Shown: one piece after another, positions 34,331-44,898 of the stretch
Numbering within the stretch: the stretch's first letter is position 1
How the letters are laid out: each line of letters starts with the position of its first letter
From: Escherichia coli
GTDB taxonomy: Bacteria > Pseudomonadota > Gammaproteobacteria > Enterobacterales > Enterobacteriaceae
NCBI RefSeq assembly: GCF_044324785.1
Contig: NZ_CP172127.1
DNA length: 64,000 nucleotides
Reading direction: 5' to 3' (one strand)
Program-made: the position numbers and the translations under genes
Notes under the pieces: model-generated
What the model saw: the letters and a program-made list of their open reading frames with translations, nothing else
What the model was told of the DNA's origin: nothing
The model's database searches: none

Positions 34331-34642
34331 ATGGGTAAACTAACGCTGCTGTTGCTGGCTATTCTGGTCTGGCTACAGTATTCGCTGTGGTTCGGTAAGA
34401 ACGGTATACATGACTATACCCGCGTCAATGATGATGTGGCGGCACAGCAAGCTACAAACGCGAAACTTAAAGCGCGAAACGATCAACTTTTTGCCGAAAT
34501 TGACGATCTCAATGGCGGCCAGGAGGCGCTCGAAGAGCGTGCGCGTAATGAACTCAGCATGACCAGGCCGGGCGAAACTTTTTATCGTCTGGTGCCTGAC
34601 GCGTCGAAGCGCGCACAGTCTGCGGGGCAAAACAATCGATAA
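34331..34642 (+). CDS. ftsB: Cell division protein FtsB
   Basis: 103 aa; [27 protein letters not shown] then coiled coil; matches E. coli FtsB. Confidence 0.92.
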
Positions 34643-34660
34643 ATCAGCCCGGGAATTAAC

Positions 34661-35371
34661 ATGGCAACCACTCATTTGGATGTTTGCGCCGTGGTTCCGG
34701 CGGCCGGATTTGGCCGTCGAATGCAAACGGAATGTCCTAAGCAATATCTCTCAATCGGTAATCAAACCATTCTTGAACACTCGGTGCATGCGCTGCTGGC
34801 GCATCCCCGGGTAACGCGTGTCATCATTGTGATAAGTCCCGGCGACAGCCGCTTTGCGCAACTTCCACTGGCAAATCATCCGCAAATCACCGTTGTAGAT
34901 GGCGGTGATGAGCGTGCCGATTCCGTGCTGGCAGGTCTGAAAGCCGCTGGCGACGCGCAGTGGGTATTGGTGCATGACGCCGCTCGTCCTTGTCTGCATC
35001 AGGATGACCTCGCGCGATTGTTGGCGTTGAGCGAAACCAGCCGCACGGGGGGGATCCTCGCCGCACCAGTGCGCGATACGATGAAACGTGCCGAACCGGG
35101 CAAAAATGCTATTGCTCATACCGTTGATCGCAACGGCTTATGGCACGCGCTGACGCCGCAATTTTTCCCTCGCGAGCTGTTACATGACTGCCTGACGCGC
35201 GCTCTAAATGAAGGCGCTACCATTACCGACGAAGCCTCGGCGCTGGAATATTGCGGATTTCATCCGCAGTTGGTCGAAGGCCGCGCGGATAACATTAAAG
35301 TCACGCGCCCGGAAGATTTGGCACTGGCCGAGTTTTACCTCACCCGAACCATCCATCAGGAGAATACATAA
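34661..35371 (+). CDS. ispD: 2-C-methyl-D-erythritol 4-phosphate cytidylyltransferase
   Basis: 236-aa ORF; matches E. coli IspD. Confidence 0.95.
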
Positions 35372-35850
35372 TGCGAATTGGACACGGTTTTGACGTACAC
35401 GCCTTTGGCGGCGAAGGCCCAATTATCATTGGTGGCGTACGCATTCCTTACGAAAAAGGATTGCTGGCGCATTCTGATGGCGACGTGGCATTACATGCAT
35501 TGACCGATGCCTTACTTGGCGCGGCGGCGCTGGGGGATATCGGCAAGCTTTTCCCGGATACCGATCCGGCATTTAAAGGTGCCGACAGCCGCGAGCTGCT
35601 ACGCGAAGCCTGGCGTCGTATTCAGGCGAAGGGGTATACCCTTGGCAACGTCGATGTCACTATCATCGCTCAGGCACCGAAGATGTTGCCGCACATTCCA
35701 CAAATGCGCGTGTTTATTGCCGAAGATCTCGGCTGCCATATGGATGATGTTAACGTGAAAGCCACTACTACGGAAAAACTTGGATTTACCGGACGTGGGG
35801 AAGGGATTGCCTGTGAAGCGGTGGCGCTACTCATTAAGGCAACAAAATGA
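35371..35850 (+). CDS. ispF: 2-C-methyl-D-erythritol 2,4-cyclodiphosphate synthase
   Basis: 159 aa; [13 protein letters not shown]...HSDGDV signature; start overlaps ispD stop. Confidence 0.95.
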
Positions 35851-36876
35851 TTGAGTTTGATAATCTCACTTACCTCCACGGTAAACCGCAAGGCACCGGG
35901 CTGCTGAAAGCCAATCCGGAAGACTTTGTGGTGGTGGAAGATTTGGGCTTTGAGCCTGATGGTGAAGGTGAGCATATTCTGGTTAGAATCCTCAAAAACG
36001 GCTGCAATACCCGTTTTGTGGCGGATGCACTGGCGAAATTCCTGAAAATTCATGCCCGTGAAGTCAGCTTCGCTGGGCAAAAAGACAAACATGCTGTTAC
36101 GGAACAGTGGTTATGCGCTCGCGTGCCGGGCAAGGAAATGCCCGATCTGAGCGCCTTTCAACTGGAAGGCTGCCAGGTGCTGGAGTATGCGCGGCACAAG
36201 CGCAAGCTGCGTTTAGGCGCGCTGAAAGGTAACGCCTTTACCCTGGTTCTGCGCGAAGTGAGCAATCGCGATGACGTTGAACAACGTCTGATCGATATTT
36301 GCGTAAAAGGTGTACCGAACTACTTCGGTGCCCAACGTTTTGGGATTGGCGGTAGCAACTTGCAGGGCGCGCTGCGCTGGGCGCAAACCAATACTCCGGT
36401 GCGCGATCGCAATAAACGGAGTTTTTGGTTGTCGGCAGCCCGCAGTGCGTTGTTTAATCAGATTGTTGCTGAGCGCCTCAAAAAAGCAGACGTTAATCAA
36501 GTTGTTGACGGCGATGCGCTACAATTAGCCGGACGTGGTAGCTGGTTTGTCGCAACCACCGAAGAACTGGCGGAATTACAGCGTCGCGTCAACGATAAAG
36601 AGCTGATGATAACCGCCGCATTGCCGGGCAGTGGTGAATGGGGAACTCAGCGTGAAGCGTTGGCATTCGAACAAACAGCTGTCGCCGAAGAAACTGAATT
36701 ACAAGCCTTACTGGTGCGCGAAAAAGTTGAAGCCGCGCGCAGAGCGATGCTGCTGTATCCGCAACAATTAAGCTGGAACTGGTGGGATGACGTCACCGTA
36801 GAAATCCGTTTCTGGCTTCCGGCGGGTAGTTTTGCAACCAGCGTTGTCAGGGAACTTATCAACACAACAGGTGATT

Positions 36877-36896
<20 letters not shown>
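35847..36896 (+). CDS. truD: tRNA pseudouridine(13) synthase
   Basis: 349-aa ORF; matches E. coli TruD. Confidence 0.9.
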
Positions 36897-38258
<1,362 letters not shown>

Positions 38259-38397
38259 AACATGAGGAAATACCTGGATTTTTCCTGGTTATTTTGCCGC
38301 AGGTCAGCGTATCGTGAACATCTTTTCCAGTGTTCAGTATGGTGCCTTGCACGGTAATTATGTCACTGGTTATTAACCAATTTTTCCTGGGGGATAA

Positions 38398-39537
38398 ATG
38401 AGCGCGGGAAGCCCAAAATTCACCGTTCGCCGCATTGCGGCTTTGTCACTGGTTTCGCTATGGCTGGCAGGCTGTTCTGACACTTCAAATCCACCGGCAC
38501 CGGTCAGCTCCGTTAATGGCAATGCGCCTGCAAATACCAATTCTGGTATGTTGATTACGCCGCCGCCGAAAATGGGGACGACGTCTACAGCGCAGCAACC
38601 GCAAATTCAGCCGGTACAGCAGCCACAAATTCAGGCTACTCAACAACCGCAAATCCAGCCAGTACAGCCAGTAGCTCAGCAGCCGGTACAGATGGAAAAC
38701 GGACGCATCGTCTACAACCGTCAGTATGGGAACATTCCGAAAGGCAGTTATAGCGGCAGTACCTATACAGTGAAAAAAGGCGACACACTTTTCTATATCG
38801 CCTGGATTACTGGCAACGATTTCCGTGACCTTGCTCAGCGCAACAATATTCAGGCACCATACGCGCTGAACGTCGGTCAGACCTTACAGGTGGGTAATGC
38901 TTCCGGTACGCCAATCACTGGCGGAAATGCCATTACCCAGGCCGATGCAGCAGAGCAAGGAGTTGTGATCAAGCCTGCACAAAATTCCACCGTTGCTGTT
39001 GCGTCGCAACCGACAATTACGTATTCTGAGTCTTCGGGTGAACAGAGTGCTAACAAAATGTTGCCGAACAACAAGCCAACTGCGACCACGGTCACAGCGC
39101 CTGTAACGGTACCAACAGCAAGCACAACCGAGCCGACTGTCAGCAGTACATCAACCAGTACGCCTATCTCTACCTGGCGCTGGCCGACTGAGGGTAAAGT
39201 GATCGAAACCTTTGGCGCTTCTGAGGGGGGCAACAAGGGGATTGATATCGCAGGCAGCAAAGGACAGGCAATTATCGCGACCGCAGATGGCCGCGTTGTT
39301 TATGCCGGTAACGCGCTGCGCGGCTACGGTAATCTGATTATCATCAAACATAATGATGATTACCTGAGTGCCTACGCCCATAACGACACAATGCTGGTCC
39401 GGGAACAACAAGAAGTGAAGGCGGGGCAAAAAATAGCAACCATGGGTAGCACCGGAACCAGTTCAACACGCTTGCATTTTGAAATTCGTTACAAGGGGAA
39501 ATCCGTAAACCCGCTGCGTTATTTGCCGCAGCGATAA
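38398..39537 (+). CDS. nlpD: Lipoprotein NlpD (LysM + M23 peptidase-like domain)
   Basis: 379 aa; lipobox LAGCS; Gln/Pro-rich repeats; LysM and C-terminal M23-like domain; rpoS promoters expected within this gene. Confidence 0.92.
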   Translation: MSAGSPKFTVRRIAALSLVSLWLAGCSDTSNPPAPVSSVNGNAPANTNSGMLITPPPKMGTTSTAQQPQIQPVQQPQIQATQQPQIQPVQPVAQQPVQMENGRIVYNRQYGNIPKGSYSGSTYTVKKGDTLFYIAWITGNDFRDLAQRNNIQAPYALNVGQTLQVGNASGTPITGGNAITQADAAEQGVVIKPAQNSTVAVASQPTITYSESSGEQSANKMLPNNKPTATTVTAPVTVPTASTTEPTVSSTSTSTPISTWRWPTEGKVIETFGASEGGNKGIDIAGSKGQAIIATADGRVVYAGNALRGYGNLIIIKHNDDYLSAYAHNDTMLVREQQEVKAGQKIATMGSTGTSSTRLHFEIRYKGKSVNPLRYLPQR

Positions 39538-39599
39538 ATCGGCGGAACCAGGCTTTTGCTTGAATGTTCCGTCAAGGGATCACGGGTAGGAGCCACCTT

Positions 39600-40592
39600 A
39601 TGAGTCAGAATACGCTGAAAGTTCATGATTTAAATGAAGATGCGGAATTTGATGAGAACGGAGTTGAGGTTTTTGACGAAAAGGCCTTAGTAGAAGAGGA
39701 ACCCAGTGATAACGATTTGGCCGAAGAGGAACTGTTATCGCAGGGAGCCACACAGCGTGTGTTGGACGCGACTCAGCTTTACCTTGGTGAGATTGGTTAT
39801 TCACCACTGTTAACGGCCGAAGAAGAAGTTTATTTTGCGCGTCGCGCACTGCGTGGAGATGTTGCCTCCCGCCGCCGGATGATCGAGAGTAACTTGCGTC
39901 TGGTGGTAAAAATTGCCCGCCGTTATGGCAATCGTGGTCTGGCGTTGCTGGACCTTATCGAAGAGGGCAACCTGGGGCTGATCCGCGCGGTTGAGAAGTT
40001 TGACCCGGAACGTGGTTTCCGCTTCTCAACATACGCAACCTGGTGGATTCGCCAGACGATCGAACGGGCGATTATGAACCAAACCCGTACTATTCGTTTG
40101 CCTATTCACATCGTAAAGGAGCTGAACGTTTACCTGCGAACCGCACGCGAGTTGTCCCATAAACTGGACCACGAACCAAGTGCGGAAGAGATCGCAGAGC
40201 AACTGGATAAGCCAGTTGATGACGTCAGCCGTATGCTTCGTCTTAACGAGCGCATTACCTCGGTAGACACCCCGCTAGGTGGTGATTCCGAAAAAGCGTT
40301 GCTGGACATCCTGGCCGATGAAAAAGAGAACGGTCCGGAAGATACCACGCAAGATGACGATATGAAGCAGAGCATCGTCAAATGGCTGTTCGAGCTGAAC
40401 GCCAAACAGCGTGAAGTACTGGCACGTCGATTCGGTTTGCTGGGGTACGAAGCGGCAACACTGGAAGATGTAGGTCGTGAAATTGGCCTCACCCGTGAAC
40501 GTGTTCGCCAGATTCAGGTTGAAGGCCTGCGCCGTTTGCGCGAAATCCTGCAAACGCAGGGGCTGAATATCGAAGCGCTGTTCCGCGAGTAA
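39600..40592 (+). CDS. rpoS: RNA polymerase sigma factor sigma-S
   Basis: 330 aa from [14 protein letters not shown]; full length; codon 33 is GAG (Glu). Confidence 0.97.
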   Translation: MSQNTLKVHDLNEDAEFDENGVEVFDEKALVEEEPSDNDLAEEELLSQGATQRVLDATQLYLGEIGYSPLLTAEEEVYFARRALRGDVASRRRMIESNLRLVVKIARRYGNRGLALLDLIEEGNLGLIRAVEKFDPERGFRFSTYATWWIRQTIERAIMNQTRTIRLPIHIVKELNVYLRTARELSHKLDHEPSAEEIAEQLDKPVDDVSRMLRLNERITSVDTPLGGDSEKALLDILADEKENGPEDTTQDDDMKQSIVKWLFELNAKQREVLARRFGLLGYEAATLEDVGREIGLTRERVRQIQVEGLRRLREILQTQGLNIEALFRE

Positions 40593-40607
40593 GTAAGCAT
40601 CTGTCAG

Positions 40608-40646
40608 AAAGGCCAGTCTCAAGCGAGGCTGGCCTTTTTCTTTTGG
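40608..40646 (+). terminator. rpoS intrinsic terminator
   Basis: aaaggccag...ctggccttt stem followed by tttttcttttgg. Confidence 0.7.
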
Positions 40647-40712
40647 TTGGGGAGTTGGTGTGTTTTGTCGCCTGGATAAGACACGTCAGTGTCCCACCCG
40701 GCAATCAGCATC

Positions 40713-41120
40713 CTATTTGCTCATCATCTTGCGCACCAGTTGCATAAACAGCTCTTGCTCTTCTCCACTCAAACGCCCCAAAAATTCCTCATCCACACTG
40801 TCACCAATCGGTATCGCCGCAGCAAGTACCTTTTCTCCTTCGGCAGTCAGCCAGACAAAGCGACGCCGCTTGTCAGCGGCGTCATGTTCACGTCTGACTA
40901 AGCCACGATTTTCCATTCTTGCCAACATTTCTGCCAGCGTTGCTTTGGTGCTGACGGCTGCTTCCATCAGTGCCACCTGTTCGATACCAGGTTTATCAGC
41001 AATGGCGCGCATCACCGCGTACTGTGGTTTGGTCAGATCAGGTAACTCGTGCTGCCAGCGAGCCGTATGCTGCTGAAAAAGCTGTCGTAACTGATGGAAC
41101 GCTTTATTTCGTAACGCCAT
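40713..41120 (-). CDS. MarR/SlyA-family transcriptional regulator
   Basis: 135-aa ORF; winged-helix MarR-like sequence; divergent from the UbiX/UbiD-type operon. Confidence 0.8.
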   Translation of the reverse strand: MALRNKAFHQLRQLFQQHTARWQHELPDLTKPQYAVMRAIADKPGIEQVALMEAAVSTKATLAEMLARMENRGLVRREHDAADKRRRFVWLTAEGEKVLAAAIPIGDSVDEEFLGRLSGEEQELFMQLVRKMMSK

Positions 41121-41234
41121 GTAAACTCCGGGCTAATTCTCTGTCGCTATCATAGCGGTTTTTCAGTGACGAAGAAGATGTTGTTACTTTTCAATCCTTG
41201 CCGCTGTGGAAATGAAGGAGTATGTTAATAATAA

Positions 41235-41250
41235 TGTTCGTATACGAACA
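41235..41250. promoter_or_regulatory. 16-bp perfect palindrome, candidate MarR-family operator
   Basis: tgttcgtatacgaaca, 16 bp upstream of the UbiX-like gene ATG in the divergent intergenic region. Confidence 0.45.
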
Positions 41251-41266
41251 ATTAAGAGAGTAAGCA

Positions 41267-41860
41267 ATGAAACTGATCGTCGGGATGACAGGGGCTACCG
41301 GTGCGCCTCTTGGTGTGGCATTACTGCAAGCGCTGCGGGAGATGCCGAATGTCGAGACTCATCTGGTGATGTCGAAGTGGGCGAAAACCACTATTGAACT
41401 GGAAACGCCTTACAGCGCTCGCGATGTTGCCGCCCTCGCAGACTTCAGCCATAACCCGGCGGATCAGGCGGCGACTATCTCTTCCGGCTCCTTTCGTACC
41501 GACGGCATGATCGTTATTCCATGCAGTATGAAAACGCTCGCCGGTATCCGCGCTGGTTACGCCGATGGTCTCGTAGGGCGCGCGGCGGACGTCGTGCTCA
41601 AAGAAGGCCGCAAACTGGTGCTGGTGCCGCGTGAAATGCCGCTTAGCACCATCCATCTCGAAAATATGCTCGCACTTTCGCGCATGGGCGTGGCGATGGT
41701 GCCGCCGATGCCTGCCTTTTATAACCATCCCGAAACGGTAGATGACATTGTCCACCATGTGGTAGCCCGCGTGCTGGATCAATTTGGCCTCGAACATCCT
41801 CACGCCAGGCGCTGGCAAGGGTTGCCGCAGGCCCGGAATTTTTCTCAGGAGAATGAATAA
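41267..41860 (+). CDS. UbiX/Pad1-family flavin prenyltransferase
   Basis: 197 aa; MKLIVGMTGATGAPLG flavoprotein N-terminus. Confidence 0.88.
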   Translation: MKLIVGMTGATGAPLGVALLQALREMPNVETHLVMSKWAKTTIELETPYSARDVAALADFSHNPADQAATISSGSFRTDGMIVIPCSMKTLAGIRAGYADGLVGRAADVVLKEGRKLVLVPREMPLSTIHLENMLALSRMGVAMVPPMPAFYNHPETVDDIVHHVVARVLDQFGLEHPHARRWQGLPQARNFSQENE

Positions 41861-43287
41861 TGGCATTTGATGATTTACGCAGCTTTTTACAGGCGCTTGA
41901 TGACCACGGCCAGTTACTGAAAATCAGCGAAGAGGTGAACGCGGAACCGGATCTGGCAGCCGCTGCCAATGCCACCGGGCGTATCGGCGATGGTGCACCG
42001 GCTCTGTGGTTTGACAATATTCGCGGCTTTACCGATGCCCGCGTGGCGATGAATACCATCGGTTCCTGGCAGAACCACGCGATTTCCCTCGGCCTGCCGC
42101 CAAACACCCCGGTTAAAAAACAGATTGATGAGTTTATCCGCCGCTGGGATAACTTCCCCATTACCCCGGAGCGCCGCGCCAATCCAGCCTGGGCGCAGAA
42201 CACCGTCGATGGCGACGAGATCAACCTGTTCGATATTCTGCCACTGTTTCGTTTAAACGACGGTGATGGCGGTTTCTATCTCGACAAAGCCTGCGTAGTT
42301 TCCCGCGATCCGCTCGACCCGGATAACTTCGGCAAGCAGAACGTCGGCATCTACCGCATGGAAGTGAAGGGCAAGCGTAAGCTCGGCCTGCAACCGGTGC
42401 CGATGCACGATATCGCCCTGCATCTGCATAAAGCAGAAGAGCGCGGTGAAGATCTGCCGATTGCCATCACCCTGGGTAACGATCCGATCATCACCCTGAT
42501 GGGGGCCACGCCGCTGAAATACGATCAGTCTGAGTACGAAATGGCGGGCGCGCTGCGCGAAAGCCCGTACCCGATCGCCACCGCCCCGCTGACCAGTTTT
42601 GATGTGCCGTGGGGCTCGGAAGTGATCCTCGAAGGGGTTATCGAAAGTCGTAAACGTGAGATTGAAGGGCCGTTCGGTGAGTTTACCGGCCACTACTCCG
42701 GCGGGCGTAACATGACCGTGGTGCGTATCGATAAAGTCTCTTACCGTACCAAACCGATTTTCGAATCGCTCTATCTTGGTATGCCGTGGACCGAAATCGA
42801 CTACCTGATGGGGCCTGCCACCTGCGTGCCGCTGTATCAACAACTGAAAGCCGAGTTCCCGGAAGTGCAGGCGGTAAACGCCATGTACACCCACGGCCTG
42901 TTGGCGATTATCTCCACCAAAAAACGCTACGGTGGCTTTGCCCGCGCGGTGGGCCTGCGTGCGATGACCACGCCGCACGGTCTGGGCTACGTGAAGATGG
43001 TGATTATGGTCGATGAAGACGTTGATCCGTTCAACCTGCCGCAGGTGATGTGGGCGCTCTCTTCGAAAGTGAACCCGGCAGGGGATTTAGTGCAGTTGCC
43101 GAATATGTCCGTGCTGGAACTCGACCCCGGCTCAAGCCCGGCCGGTATCACCGACAAGCTGATTATCGACGCTACCACGCCTGTCGCCCCGGACAACCGT
43201 GGTCACTACAGCCAGCCGGTGGTGGATTTACCGGAAACCAAAGCCTGGGCTGAAAAACTGACCGCTATGCTGGCCGCACGTCAATAA
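41860..43287 (+). CDS. UbiD-family (prFMN-dependent) aromatic acid decarboxylase
   Basis: 475-aa ORF; start overlaps the UbiX-like gene stop. Confidence 0.88.
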   Translation: MAFDDLRSFLQALDDHGQLLKISEEVNAEPDLAAAANATGRIGDGAPALWFDNIRGFTDARVAMNTIGSWQNHAISLGLPPNTPVKKQIDEFIRRWDNFPITPERRANPAWAQNTVDGDEINLFDILPLFRLNDGDGGFYLDKACVVSRDPLDPDNFGKQNVGIYRMEVKGKRKLGLQPVPMHDIALHLHKAEERGEDLPIAITLGNDPIITLMGATPLKYDQSEYEMAGALRESPYPIATAPLTSFDVPWGSEVILEGVIESRKREIEGPFGEFTGHYSGGRNMTVVRIDKVSYRTKPIFESLYLGMPWTEIDYLMGPATCVPLYQQLKAEFPEVQAVNAMYTHGLLAIISTKKRYGGFARAVGLRAMTTPHGLGYVKMVIMVDEDVDPFNLPQVMWALSSKVNPAGDLVQLPNMSVLELDPGSSPAGITDKLIIDATTPVAPDNRGHYSQPVVDLPETKAWAEKLTAMLAARQ

Positions 43288-43297
43288 GGAGAACAAG

Positions 43298-43534
43298 ATG
43301 ATTTGTCCACGTTGTGCCGATGAACAGATTGAAGTGATGGCGAAATCGCCGGTAAAAGATGTCTGGACGGTCTACCAGTGCCAGCATTGCCTCTATACCT
43401 GGCGCGATACCGAACCGCTGCGCCGCACCAGCCGCGAACATTATCCCGAAGCGTTCCGCATGACGCAGAAAGATATTGATGACGCGCCGATGGTGCCGAG
43501 CATCCCGCCGCTGCTGGCGGTAGATAAGCGTTAA
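43298..43534 (+). CDS. Small zinc-ribbon subunit associated with UbiD-type decarboxylases
   Basis: 78 aa; CPRC...CQHC motif; immediately downstream of the UbiD-like gene. Confidence 0.7.
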   Translation: MICPRCADEQIEVMAKSPVKDVWTVYQCQHCLYTWRDTEPLRRTSREHYPEAFRMTQKDIDDAPMVPSIPPLLAVDKR

Positions 43535-43542
43535 TAAAAAGT

Positions 43543-43570
43543 GCCGGGTAGTGGCTTTGCTTTACCCGGC
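43543..43570. terminator. Bidirectional terminator between the decarboxylase operon and pphB
   Basis: gccgggta...tacccggc 8-bp stem flanked by A-run upstream and T-rich downstream. Confidence 0.65.
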
Positions 43571-43574
43571 CTAA

Positions 43575-44237
43575 TTACTTTATTTTATAAAATGACAGCC
43601 GCCCGCTTTTCGGCGATCCGGTATCAATATAAATCTGGTTAGCGAACGTCTGAATGTTATCAAACATCATATGTCCAAATATAAAATAATCAGCGCCGTT
43701 TATTTGTTGTAACTCGCCATTAAGCGATTTCTGCACACGATCAACAGGCCAGAGTAATTCTCTCTCCGCTATTTCTTTGCCAAAGAGATATTCATTCCCC
43801 GGATAATCTGCATGTGCGATGACATATTTTATTATGTCGTTAGTGATTTCAATAATATGTGGAAGGTGATGAAATCTCAGCAACAGATCTATTGCTTCTT
43901 GTTGTTCCGTCTCATTTAATTCAAAGAACCAGTCGCCGCCGCTGGCAAGCCACATATTGCCATCGCCGGTCGCGAACGCATCCAACGCCATCGCTTCATG
44001 GTTGCCTTTAACCGATGTAAACCAGGGCTGGTTTAGCAGGCGCAGCACGTTAAGACTCTCCGGCCCACGATCAATATTATCGCCGACAGAAATAAGTAAG
44101 TCGGTTTCAGGGCAAAAAGAGAGTTGATGTAAGCGAGATTGTAATAATTTATAGTCACCATGAATATCACCAACGGCCCATATATGGCGATAGTGATGGG
44201 CATCAATTATTTGATAGCGAGTGGTAGACATTTGCAT
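43575..44237 (-). CDS. pphB: Serine/threonine protein phosphatase 2 (lambda-phosphatase-like)
   Basis: 220 aa; GDIHGD...GDNIDRG...GNHE metallophosphoesterase motifs. Confidence 0.85.
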   Translation of the reverse strand: MQMSTTRYQIIDAHHYRHIWAVGDIHGDYKLLQSRLHQLSFCPETDLLISVGDNIDRGPESLNVLRLLNQPWFTSVKGNHEAMALDAFATGDGNMWLASGGDWFFELNETEQQEAIDLLLRFHHLPHIIEITNDIIKYVIAHADYPGNEYLFGKEIAERELLWPVDRVQKSLNGELQQINGADYFIFGHMMFDNIQTFANQIYIDTGSPKSGRLSFYKIK

Positions 44238-44323
44238 AGACTCAAATTTATATGAATGTATTATTATATCAGACCAGGGTATTGAAGTCTCTGGAGTAAT
44301 AAATTACAAAAGGATGTTTTAAA

Positions 44324-44857
44324 ATGCTGAGATATTTCTATGCTTTCCTGTTAGTTTTTTGTTTTTTCACCTCTAATGTACACGCTGCATCTATAGAAGA
44401 AATAAATCGTTTCGAAAAACTTATAACCGAAGGTGATGTAATTGAGTGTACAGCGCATTTCAGTCAGACGGAGAATAACGAAACATACCAACTTAACCTT
44501 TTGGGAATAATGAAAGTTACTTACTCTGGGGAAAGTGAAAAACGCTACCACTCGACACAATATTATCGTTTAGACGGCTTCAAAATTCCCTTTATCCGTT
44601 ATGAGATGGATATCATCGCTACTCATGAAAAATCGAAGTTAAAAGAAGAGATTGTGCCTGACAGCGTACAGGTATTTTATCCTTCAGCACCAGAGCAAGA
44701 AGCGATATTAGCAGAAGCTGTACGGAAAACCGCACCAATGTCTATTGATAATGACGATATCACATTTACGACATTTCCTGATTACCAGGTGAAAGTGAAA
44801 TCCCCCTCTATGCCAGAAGCGATGACTCAGTATTGCCAGGTGCAAACGAAAAAGTAG
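44324..44857 (+). CDS. Hypothetical secreted protein (signal peptide), low-GC gene
   Basis: 177-aa ORF; N-terminal MLRYFYAFLLVFCFFTSNVHA-AS signal-peptide-like segment; visibly AT-rich; no family recognised. Confidence 0.6.
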   Translation: MLRYFYAFLLVFCFFTSNVHAASIEEINRFEKLITEGDVIECTAHFSQTENNETYQLNLLGIMKVTYSGESEKRYHSTQYYRLDGFKIPFIRYEMDIIATHEKSKLKEEIVPDSVQVFYPSAPEQEAILAEAVRKTAPMSIDNDDITFTTFPDYQVKVKSPSMPEAMTQYCQVQTKK

Positions 44858-44865
44858 TGAATAAA

Positions 44866-44888
44866 CCCGACGGCATTGTGCCGTCGGG
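44866..44888. terminator. Hairpin terminator between the secreted-protein ORF and mutS
   Basis: cccgacggc attgt gccgtcggg; on the minus strand followed by uuuauu. Confidence 0.55.
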
Positions 44889-44898
44889 CATGTCAGGT

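Noticed and set aside
34122-34343. 73-aa plus-strand ORF between ygbE and ftsB
   Set aside because: Overlaps the ygbE 3' end and the ftsB promoter region, no SD, no recognisable family
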